Below, in pieces: positions 24,775 to 35,572 of a stretch of 64,000 nucleotides of DNA. Each line of letters starts with the position of its first letter. Within the stretch, counting starts at the first letter, position 1. Origin of the DNA: Heteronotia binoei (lineage: Eukaryota); the NCBI RefSeq assembly GCF_032191835.1, contig NC_083228.1:43896001-43960000 (forward strand), in the 5' to 3' direction. The translations under genes and the position numbers were made by a program. The notes under the pieces were generated by a model, which ran no database searches, was not told the origin of the DNA, and worked only from the letters and a program-made list of their open reading frames with translations.

Positions 24775-26269
24775 TTGATGAAAACACACTTGAACTAAAC
24801 CAAAAATGCACTCACCATTCAAAGGAAAATAAGGACTTTTTAAAAGGAAGATAGCAACACATACCTCCAGACAATATCCTACAAAAAGAGAGAAGGTGAA
24901 GTGACTCAGCAGTCTATGGACAACCTCTTTGCAGAGTAACAGCAACTTCTCCCTTTGCATGACAGTGATACTTAGCCCCCCAATAATGAAACAGGAATGT
25001 GATAATTGCACAAAAGTACTGGAGGAAAGGAGCAGAGATTTGATGAGGTGAAAATAAACTTGCATCAGGGGTTCGGAACACTTGAATAACGTCCTCTGAA
25101 TCAAGATGTGCATTATAAAGCCGGGAGGAGCACTTCCAAGTAACATTTAAACAAATAAGTAAGAATAGATTTCTTGGAAAGGCTGAGGAGAGATAACTTT
25201 GAAATTTTTTTCAAGAGAACTATTTTGTCCTAATGTAATACTGATAAAGCAGATACTCTCTTACATTTTTCTAAAACTAATAATATACTTTTACAAACAG
25301 TAACAAATCTGTGTAAACACCACAAGGAAGAAAGATTTCTATCCCTTTATTCTTGGTGTCAAGAGCAATAGGTGCCAACTACATTAATGCAAAATTATAA
25401 GAATTCTGCTGGCTGTGGATTTCAGATTTGAGCTTGTGGCTACTGAGGCACTACAATGAAATACAACTGTAGGGAGTGGTCTGTGTATCCCTGCTTTTCT
25501 GTACTTCTCCCTTACAATCTGAGCTGAGGCCATGCACTTTTGCTCTCCCGTAGCTATATCACACACTACGGCTGCTAGCAGACCAACACTTTGGGCCAAC
25601 TCAGAGACGCCTCCGAAATTGACCCAAAAAATCCTTTAACATACAAACATCTGCCACCCATCCTTGTCCCGTCCTCACCCCATCCTCTGCAGTGCGACTC
25701 AAAAAGGTACCACTTCTGAATTGGTAGCAAATTTTTGAGCTGCACGCCAGTTGCCTCCTTGGCATCTGGAAGCAGAAGGGCACCAGCGAGGCACCTTGGC
25801 GGTGTGAAACCGCCAAGCCACCTCTAGCTTTTTAAAAATAAAAACTTTTCCGTGTACATGCATATGAGCATACATCACAACCATATGCTCGCACATGCGC
25901 ATGACTACTGAAAATGTATGGGGAAGCTGAGTGACGGGAATGGTACACAACAGCCATCTGAACCCGCCCATGTTGCCCCATGGACAGGATGGGGGCAGCT
26001 TGCGGGGGAGCGTGTGGAGGCTTCAGGACGGCTCTTTTTGAGCTGGCCCAATTAATAATGCCTGCCAATCGCCCCCAAATGCCAGTGTTATCACCCTACA
26101 TTTCTTTTACTTTGTCATAGAACAGGAACCACTGAGAATAAGCCTCTATCTGCTGTAACAGGCAGGAGAGAGAAAAAGTTGCTGATGGCGGGGGGGGGGG
26201 GGGCGGTAATGTTTCTTTTCAGCAGGCCAGTTGCACAAATCAAAGGGTAAGACAGGGAATTCTTTCCCA

Positions 26270-26742
26270 AAGCCAGGGAATTCACTGCCACAGGAAGTGG
26301 TGGCAGCTACATGTATAGACTTCAAGAGGGGATTGGAGCAGAGGTTCATCAGTGGCTACTAAAAGATGAAGATATTGGATTTATACCCCACCCTTCACTC
26401 TGAATCTCAGAGTCTCAGAACGGCCTACGATTACTTCCCTTCCCCTTCTACAACAGACATCCTGTGAGATAGGTGGGGCTGAGAGAGCCCTCACAGAAAT
26501 TGCCCTTCCAAGGTTGACCCAAGACCATTCCAGCAATTACAAGTGGAGGTATAGATTAGCCCCAGGGTATATATGGAACTCTCTGTCTGGCTCTGTATTC
26601 TTAGTACATGGGGGGGCAAGGCCTTCTCGTGTCCTGGCCACACTGGTGGACTTCCTGATGGCACCTCGTTTTTTGGCCATTGTGTGACAGTGTTGGACCG
26701 GACAAGCCATTGGCCTGATTCAACATGGCTTCTCATGTTCTG
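26270..26742 (+). mobile_element. CR1 3' end interrupted by a Squam3-like SINE (26364-26549, minus strand)
   Basis: gggaattcactgccacaggaagtggtggcagc...cagtggctact, then after the SINE ...gattcaacatggcttctcatgttc; matches the CR1 3' end at 15830-16138. Confidence 0.8.
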
Positions 26743-27150
26743 TACATAAGGCTATACATTTTAGGTGAATAAGCAGCTTTTGACCAGACTCTACACTCAG
26801 ACCTACTTAAAACCACTGGGCTTCAGCCCAGGACCTGGTAGAAACTGCTTGGCTGTGCTCTGGCTGCACTCTTAGACCTGCTGTGGATTCCACACCAGCA
26901 ATTTTCCGTATGCAAACATTTCAAATGCTGACAATTCTATGCGTAGCTCATCTCTAGCAACACAACCCTACTCATGTTCTTCTTCTTGGGCCTGGTCTAC
27001 ATAGGTGGCAGAATGAGAGAATATTTCGGTAGCAGAGTGCACCTAACCTTTAAGGCTGCATTTGGAGAATACCAGTTCTGAATATTCTCCCACGTAAAAA
27101 GCTGCCTACAAATAAAAAGCTATCACATCAGACTACATACCCTGTAGCTC

Positions 27151-27356
27151 AAGTGCCGTCAAGTCATGCCTGACTTGTGGTGACCTCATAGGTTTCAAGG
27201 CAGGAGACATACAGAGGTGGTTTGCCATTGCCTGCCTCCACATCACAACCTTGGTATTACTTGGAAGCCTCCCATCCAAATACTATCCTGGGCCTACCCT
27301 GCTTAGCTTCTAAGACTGGATGAGACTGGGATAGCCTGGGCTATTTGTGTCAGGGC
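27151..27356 (-). mobile_element. 5S rRNA-derived SINE with a BovB/Sauria-type tail
   Basis: Reverse complement gives ...agaagctaagcagggtaggcccaggatagtatttggatgggagg (5S-like) followed by ggcaatggcaaaccacctct...cttgacggcactt. Confidence 0.75.
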
Positions 27357-29305
27357 ACTCTATTACTCTACTTGCAGGAAAGCAAGCAGGCAGAAACTTT
27401 ATTCCCCATCTGCAGTTCAAAGTGGTGCAATCTTCTTTGCTACCTCAGAATTCTGTCCATCATGCGTAGATCAGGTCTTAGATCTTGACAAGCCAAAAAT
27501 GATGGGAGTTGGTTATTAAATGTATCGATTTAGAGAGTGAGATTATCTAGTATTCTACAGATCTCCCTTACATTCCTTCCTATCTCCACCAAATCAGTCA
27601 CGTCTTGTCTAGTACTTTCAGTCCCAAGTTTTGGAAGGAATGGCCTTTTCTTTTTCTTATTCTAGAGTTTATAAGTTTGCTGCCAGCAATCACTGGAGTT
27701 CAATGTGTTTGGTTTATCTAGTCTGTGCATGAACAAGCAACAAGTAATAACAACTGAGACTCAAAATAAGCATTATCTAACAAACAAAAAAAGTTTGTCT
27801 CACCACTTTACTCTTTGTAGCGTAGTCTTCTTGCTACCATACCAACAATGTGCTCTCAGTTTCTCTAATCCAGGTCCCTTAAAAGTACTCTTTTCCCACC
27901 CACTGTGTTTTCCTGACATCACCATATAAGCATCTTTTTTTCTTTCATTTCACTTTCTTTATTATGGACAGTAAAGGCCCTTGTGAGAGCATTCATTTTC
28001 TATAATAATAGCCCTTTCCTCAAGCCCTTAATTCACATTTGTTCTTGTTCCTCACTCACATTAACAATAAAGAGTGAAAGATTATTAACTTCACCAGAAT
28101 CAATCATATTAATAGACTGCATCAATCGTTTCCCTCATCCTAGGGTATGTGGACTCTGTTATGACCACATTGGGAACTTTTTGTGATTTTAAATAAGACT
28201 GATTTAGAAAGTTCCCTCAACAAAAGTTAGTTATGCTTTGGCTGATACAAAACCCTGAGAAGGCGCCCTTACTTCTGTAAACAGACCATAAGAGTTCTAG
28301 TCTGTTGATTTTTAAATATGCAAGACTGCACAGCCCATGCCTGAGCTACAGTGTGTTCTACAAAAGCATTAGACTAATCTAAGTCCTCCAAAAGAATCCT
28401 CATTTTAGCATACAGACTATTCCAAGATGGGTTGGAATACACAGCAGTAATTTGGTGTTACTTCCAAAAGTTGCTGCTTCTCCACATTCCAAACCTGGGA
28501 CCAAGATGCAAGAATTAAAATGCCTGCAGCTAGGCAAAGGATGCATGGCTCATTTCCACTAGTATCCAAACACTGGAAGTTAAGCACTATTCAGACTTTG
28601 AGGCTTTAAATGCCTGGTTGCTCCCTTTGGCCCTCAAACAATACAAAACCCATGCCATATAGAGCAATGCCATGTGGAGCTGAACCTGCATATATAATCA
28701 CATGTGACAAATGCATATAATTGTCTGCAGCTTCCCAGCATTAGACACACACACAGCTGCAATTATCATGCATGGTCTGCCGTTTCCCCCCCCCCCCTCC
28801 TACAGAGTAGTTCTATTAGTGAAGGAACACATGAAGCTGCCCACTGGTTCAGGGCAGGTAATAATGGAAAATTAATTACACATGGCATGGAGGGGGGGGA
28901 GAGCCACATTAAGTCTGAATGATATCACAGAAAAGCTCTTTTCCCTTTACGTCCCCCCCGCCCCCCCGTTCCAACCCTTTCATTTTAAATACCGTTATAA
29001 CAAACGCTCGTGAACAACATGACCTAGAGAGCGGCAAAGCATTACAGGAAAAAGCCCGCCCGGTGCAACTTTCTCTTCCAGATCATTTTCCCCTCCTCGC
29101 AACTGTGCTCCTTTGCTCGCCTACAGAGCCTCCACCAGCCGAGTCTTTCACCCACCTGTTTCCCCGGGCTTCACTCAAAAGACACCTGGCAAGTCGAGGG
29201 GAGGGGGAGTCAGCTCCTTCTACAGCTGGACGCCCCTCCTCCTACGGCTTTGCTTTATGTCGTGACCAAAATGCAACAAACAGGCCGCAGGCGGCAGCTG
29301 CCGAG

Positions 29306-29319
29306 GTCGCCATAGCAAC
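29306..29319. promoter_or_regulatory. RFX X-box GTCGCCATAGCAAC
   Basis: Exact fit to the X-box consensus GTNRCC(N0-3)RGYAAC inside the CpG island. Confidence 0.65.
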
Positions 29320-29418
29320 ACTCAAGCGCCCGGGAAAGCGTAGAAGGAGGCCTCTGCTCGCCTTAGCGGCGCCGGGGAAGAGCGTCGGCGGCAAAGCCCC
29401 ATATAGACCTTTGCTTAC

Positions 29419-29600
29419 CGGGAGCCTGCCCCATAGTCCCACTTCCCTCGCCCAGCCCTGGCTTGTTTTTAATTCCCTTTAAAAAAAACCCCGGCTTTGT
29501 CGGATGTAAAGAGGTGGGACAGCAGCGCGGGGAACCCACGGGGCCGCCTCCTCCGTTCTCCGCCCCTTTCCGCCCGCATCTGTCGCTCTCCGCCGAAATC
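29419..29600 (-). other. LRRC27: Probable non-coding first exon of LRRC27 (5' boundary unknown)
   Basis: Strong minus-strand donor CCG|gtaagc at 29418 within the CpG island; the upstream limit is a guess. Confidence 0.45.
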
Positions 29601-30364
29601 TGAGCGCCTACAATTACGCCCCCTGCCTGCCGTCCTTTGACCCTCCAGCCCCCTTCGCTTTCCTCCGCCCCTCCCCCAGCTGGGGAGGGAAACGCCCCCG
29701 TCCCAGCGTGTATTCGCAGGCGCCAGGCTGCTGCGGGGAAGATTCTCAGTGGACCGACGGGGTGGGCCGTAGTAGCCCACGGAAACAAATGCTTTAGTCA
29801 ATGTGTTCCTTTCAAGTGCTACAAGACAAGTGGTATAGCAACAGTATGGCGTGGATGTCATCCCACTGGGATTTCTTGCAAACTAGTTAGCATGATCTCC
29901 TTTTTGCCAATATAGTGCTCGTGAACTGCCAGAAGTAGTGCTCCATCCGTTTATATTTTGATAACCGTTCAATATTATTATTAGATTAATCTTAACAACC
30001 CCCCCTCCCCCCATATCCCTAATAAAAACCATCACAGAAGTTATGATCGGTGTGCTATATATGTCCAAATATAAGTCCACCTCCCCAATCATCCACCCAG
30101 TTTGACTTCTGCCCTCTTTAGGTGTTTTTCCTTCACCCAACTTCTGTATCCCCTTTCTTCCTGTTTGTAGGGATGCCAGCCTCCAGGTGAAACCTGGGGT
30201 ACCCCAGAATTACAGCTCCTCTCCAGTTCCAAGTTTATCTATCAGTTCCCCTTGAGAAAATGGCTGCTTTGGAGGGTGGACTCTAGGTAAGGTTGCCAGG
30301 TCCGATTCAGGAAATATTTGGAGGTGGAGCCAGGAGCAAGGTTGTGACAAACAGGAATGAACCC

Positions 30365-30557
30365 CCGAGGGACAGTGGCTCAGTGGTAGAGCAGAAGGTC
30401 CCAGGTTCAATCCCTGGCATCTCCAAAAAAGGGTCCAGGCAAATAGGTGTGGAAAAACCTCAGCTTGAGACCCTGGAGAGCTGCTGCCAGTCTGAGTAGA
30501 CAATACTGACTTTGATGGACCAAGGGTCTGATTCAGTATAAGGCAGCTTCATATGTC
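30365..30557 (+). mobile_element. tRNA-derived SINE with CR1-type tail
   Basis: gtggctcagtggtagagc...ggtcccaggttcaatccc head, tail ...taaggcagcttcatatgt. Confidence 0.85.
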
Positions 30558-30615
30558 CATAGGTCCAAAGAGAGTCATGTTCAATACATCTAAAAGGGAC
30601 CACATTTCTTTTAAA

Positions 30616-30905
30616 TTCCGCAGGGCCTGCAAGACTGCTCTCTTCCGGCTGGCGTTTAACTGATACGGCGCCTGTATTTCAGGGAATTGGAAGCAATGCC
30701 ATCTCCACTGTAATAGCACCAAACTAGTATTCTGCTCTTAAGTGTTTTAACTATTGAATATTTTGTTTTAACTGTTGAATGTGTAATTTTAATACTTATT
30801 GATTTTAACTGTCTGTTGGGATTTTATGGTGTGAACCGCCCTGAGCCTGCTTTGGCGAGGAGGGCAGGATATAAATAAAATAAAAATAAATAAAATAAAA
30901 TAAAT
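30616..30905 (+). mobile_element. L2 LINE 3' end
   Basis: ORF2 end FRRACKTALFRLAFN*, 3' UTR, ccgccctgagcc...gggcaggatataaataaa tail. Confidence 0.8.
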
Positions 30906-31472
30906 GCATTTCCTTCATTGGAAATAATGGGGGATGGGAGCACGTTCTTTTGGGGCTCATAGAATTGGACCCCCTGCTCCAATCTTTTTGAAACTTGGGG
31001 GGTGGGGGAGGTTGAGAGACACCAGCAGCTATACTAAAAATTTGGTGCCTCTACTTCAAAAAGCAGCCCCCCGCCAGAGCCCCAGGCACTCGATAGATTT
31101 TTCCATTATACCCTGTGGGGACCAGTCTCCATAGGATGTAATGGAGAGCCCAGCAGACATTCAAGCCCCCTCCCCCACTTTCTGATAATCCTGACGCAGG
31201 GGAGGGCCTCCATACTGGGGGATCCCCCTGCCCCCAACCGGGGATTGGCATCCCTAATAGGGCATTGTATCCCACTGAGGTCCTTGTTCTTCTCAGGCTC
31301 CATTCCCAAATCTCCAGGAGTTTCCCAAACTGGATGTGGCTACCCTACTCCTCATCCCTTGCTGGTGGTCAGGAGAGACCTGGCAAAAGACCTTTAAAAA
31401 TATTGTGACATCTTAAAGGCAAATGTATACTATTTATTATGCTTCTCCAGACTTTTGTGAGCTCTAGTTCAT

Positions 31473-31540
31473 TGTGATAGCAACATCACCCCAGAGTTGA
31501 AAACGACTGGTGCTTGCACAGGGGACTACCTTTACTTTTA
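31473..31540 (+). mobile_element. Sauria SINE or BovB 3' tail fragment
   Basis: caacatcaccccagagttgaaaacgactggtgcttgcacaggggactacctttac matches the tails at 6030-6070 and 61895-61945. Confidence 0.7.
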
Positions 31541-31899
31541 GTTCCCAGAACCTCATACTACAATAATTTGGTTAGTCTACAAGGTGTCACAAGGATAATT
31601 CACTCATTAGTTCTTTCATTCATTTGCTGTTAGAGACTATCCCACTGGAAGAGATCTAACAAATTGTTTTTCATAAGCAGACAGCATTAGGCACTTAGAG
31701 ACAAAATCAGAAGTGCAATGGTGTGCTCAGTGAAGCTTTGGTCTTGTCATTGGGCAGGGGTGTGTGTTTTTTTAAAAAAGAAAGAAAACAATTTCAACAA
31801 TACAGAATAACTAGAGAAGGCATTAGTTGCCTTTCCAGAATTCTATCTTTACTCTAATTTTGGGCCAGGCTTCATGAGTTAACACTTTTACTAACTGGA

Positions 31900-34800
31900 G
31901 AAGTATGAGGTTTTATAGATTTATGGATATACTGCAAAATAATCATATTACCTTCTTCAGCTGGTAGAAAATTGATGGATGCGCTAATTGAATTACAATA
32001 TATTCTACATTGTAGAAAAAAATCTTCCCAGGCATTACAAAGAATAACAATTGGCTTTGAACTGGTTCTCTGTAATTTCTTGGCAAAGGCAAAAAGTCAT
32101 AGTCTCAATTATTTATAATCTGCTATTATCCACACATTTTTGGAAGTAAATTAAAATATATTGAAGCCCGAAAAACAGATCAGCAACAAGCCAATTAAAG
32201 AGGAAATCTGGCATGAGACAAGATTTGGAGGCCTCTCTCACAACATCAACATGTAGTATTATAACAGAAATGAATTTTGAAGTTAAGGGTAAATGATAAA
32301 ACTACAATCTAAACAACAAAATCCCTTGGATAAATACTGATATTTGGGTAATGTTAAAGGGGACTATCATATTATGTTGTAGTCTCATCCAATTGACAAA
32401 GGATTTGGGGAAGAAGAACAAGTAAAATCAAAGCCATCTTCAAAAAAAAAGTTCATCTTTTCCAATTCAGTTATTTAACATTACAAGCCTAAGTATCTAT
32501 AGAGTGCTTTAGTGTTCTCCTGTGTTCTACAAGCAACCTTTGCAACAAACTTGTGTGGTATATCAGTATTATTATCTCTCTAAATGTTGATGATCTTGAG
32601 AATCCACATGAATATGTCTAACAGCAAACAAGGACAATATTTGTCCAACCCTGGATGAAAGTCAATGTGTTTGTTTGTTTTTTTAAAAATGGGAAATTGG
32701 CGTTATAGGAAAAGGTCAACAACTAGTTTACAGAGTCATTAAAAAGAGCAAAGGTTTTTGTTAATATGGATTCCTTTTTGCACTTATAGTGAAACAGAAA
32801 CCAGGATGGCAGAAAAAGTCTTTAAATTTATTCATGTACTAAAATATTCATAATATGCAATAGAATAGGTAAAAATGAAAGAACAATATCTTTATCCATT
32901 CCTGATCTTCTTGGAGGATTGTTTGAGATACTACAAATACATCATTATGTATAGACTTATTGTTTCTCTGTTTTGCTTCTTTTCCTATATAATGATGTAG
33001 TTTTTATTTTAACTGTAAACACCTTATGAAATATCTCCCCCCACAACCCCCCCCCCAAAATAATGACAGAAATAACCCCAAGAGATTCAACATGTAAAAA
33101 AGAAAATGGTGGTTGCTTGTTAATTGTTCATGTACACACTAGATAAACCAAACACATTGAACTCCAGTGATTAATGCTGACAGCACACCTAGAACACCTT
33201 GCATTCTCTTTGCATATATTATTTTTGGGGGAGATCTAGACACAACTAACTCAGACATTATCTGAAAACAATCACTCGACTACCCTGGATCTATGGGCAA
33301 CACCAAGCAATAGAAGCAGGAAGTTCTACCATACATGGACATCATGTCACAGCAAGTTGGACAGCTCTTTTATAACTCAAATTCAGCTCTGAGGCTACCA
33401 TCCAAATCTAAAGAACCAAACAAGGCATTCAGGAGCCATTATAGTAAGTGATACAAAAGCAATTGCTCAGGAAAACTGCATTTCCTTCATTTGGAACATT
33501 GTAGTGTAATAGCACCTAGTCTACTAGTCAACATTAGCCTACAATACTTTTACAAAACTGCAGCGAATGACCCTGGCAAAGATTAGCAAGCAACTGCGTC
33601 AGTCCAAAATAAGGATTTGTGGGGATTGATACAAATCCATTACATAGCCCAATGCAGACAACAAAAAGCTGAAACCGACCAAATTTACCTTAATCCTAGA
33701 TAGCTGTTCTGTAATCTATGAATAATTTGATTTACGCTACACACAGTTCCTACAAGACAGACAATGAAATTGTCAATGTGATATCACTGTACAAAACCAT
33801 TATAAAGGAATTGTTTAGTTCATGTGAATACAAACTCCGTACAGGGAAAGATGTGTTAGCTGATGCCACATTGGATAAACGCTTTCTGTATTTCCACGTT
33901 AAGGTTGTGCCATACAAAGAGCACAGCTTTATATACTCTTTAAGAGCTGAAAACTCTAAATGTAGAATAAGATCAAAACTGGCTATCATCTGCTTCTTGA
34001 CCAACAAGCTCTCTTTAGCCATTGGATTGACTGATGTGATACCATGGAACATTCATTAGCTTTCTAGTTGCTGTTCTGGAGTCAGTCATAGAATGGGAAC
34101 AAACTATGCCTCTGCTAGTGGATTAGTCTAAAATTACTTTTCCAGCCCAGTATACACATTATAGATATTTCACTAGTGCCAGACAGGATCCAGTAGTCAA
34201 ATCCAGATGGTGCTATGACCCACAGACTTAAGAAACAGCTATGATGTTTTACTTAAAGCTGATAGCATAGACACTGTAGTGGTGCTTCAGTAGTACTTCT
34301 TTAGAAAACAGAATGCAAGTGAATAATTCAGTGATGTAACATCTAATAATAGGATGTCCACAGTGCCACTAAATTCCAAACAGCACCTGATTTGTCTCAG
34401 CGATGCTCCACTGAATTGGGAGCGCTTCATCGTGGCTGGACAGCATCTGTATTAAACCAACAATGCACTAAATCCAGGCAGCGCCTAATCATGATGTGCT
34501 CCATAAAATTTGAAGAACACCTATATTGTTAAATTGATGCAGATCCATTAAATCAAGACTGAGACTGTTCTCCTCAGTTGTTTCAATGAGTGTATCTTAA
34601 GTTGTGCCACAATGGGTCTCTTTGGGTTTCTCCTCTCATTGCCACCTTTAGGATTCCTTCTGTGTATTTTCTAGCTCAGGCTCTGGCCTGTTTGTCTGCT
34701 GTACAAAGGGCATTGCTGACATTTGATGGCATATGTAACATTGGAAGATGAAGAAGTGAATGAATCTGAGATGGTATGGCTGGTGTTAGGTGTGATGAAT

Positions 34801-35000
34801 GGTGATTATGTTGTCAAGGTTTGTTTGTCTCTAAGGTCCTACTGGAGTCGAGTCTAGCTGTTTTACTGTTTATACTAAACAATTTTTTAAAGCTTAATAA
34901 ATACAAACACATTTTATATCACCTGTCAGCTAGATCACCACTGTTTTGTATTTCTTCGCACACTTCTTATCCTCAGTGGAATTATGTGCCTTTATTGTGT
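31900..35000 (+). mobile_element. Highly degraded L1-like LINE remnants
   Basis: Scattered stop-ridden peptides recall L1 ORF2 (EEIWHE...KGDYHIML at about 32.2-32.4 kb; an endonuclease-like stretch at about 33.3 kb). Boundaries uncertain. Confidence 0.3.
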
Positions 35001-35572
35001 GTTTGTTTCCCTTCTTTAGCATCAAGATTGCTTCTGGAAGTGATTCCCCATTGTTCACCGATTTCATTTCGCTGGACATCCTTCACTGGCTGTATGGGGG
35101 GGGGGGCTGTATGGGGTGGGCGCTTTATAGCAATGGGCTCTGCCAGAAATCCTAGGCCCAGGCAGCTTAAGGTTTCCTGATGCCAGGGCTGTAGCCAGGG
35201 TTTAAAAAGTCAGGGGGCACCCTTTCCCATCCACTGCAGGGCTTGCCACTTCTCAGAAGTTGGCTACAGGCCTGCCTGATGCTGGCCCTGATTGCTAGGC
35301 AACCATCACAGTATTGCCAGCCTTCAGTCTTGGTTTCTCTCAGTAAAAGGTCAGGAGATGGAGAGGTGTCCTGAATAATGTCCAAATTTACAGAAAAATC
35401 TTTGAAAATAAAAAATTATATCCAGGGGTTTAAAAAAACCCCAAAAGATAAAAGAAGTGCCTATAGCTTTAACAAGCAGATTCCTTCAGTGGCTATTGCT
35501 AGACAACCATAGCATTCCAAGACTTTTGGTTTCTATAAGTAAAAAGCAGAGGAACTCATTTGATGTAGCGGG

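Larger units (their letters stand above)
28940..29790. promoter_or_regulatory. LRRC27: CpG island, LRRC27 promoter
   Basis: Sharp rise in GC and CpG density, GC boxes, X-box motifs, located 5' of the LRRC27 coding exons. Confidence 0.85.
30167..31348. mobile_element. Nested TAGGG-terminated MITEs carrying further SINE and L2 insertions
   Basis: Outer TAGGGATGCCAG (30167)...ggctaccCTA (31348); inner TAAGGTTGCCAG (30288)...GGCATCCCTA (31256); a related copy lies at 54830-55033. TSDs not cleanly readable. Confidence 0.6.

Noticed and set aside
28919-29915. Several overlapping ORFs of 90-187 aa on both strands
   Set aside because: They lie in the GC-rich CpG island where stops are rare; Pro/Ala/Arg-rich with no recognisable homology.
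30365-30440. tRNA-like and 5S-like sequences as RNA genes (also 3400-3462, 53255-53360)
   Set aside because: They are degenerate and continue directly into SINE bodies and tails, so they are SINE heads.
33718-34059. Overlapping 113-aa (+) and 100-aa (-) ORFs as a hidden gene
   Set aside because: No convincing splice sites or homology; embedded in what looks like decayed LINE sequence.
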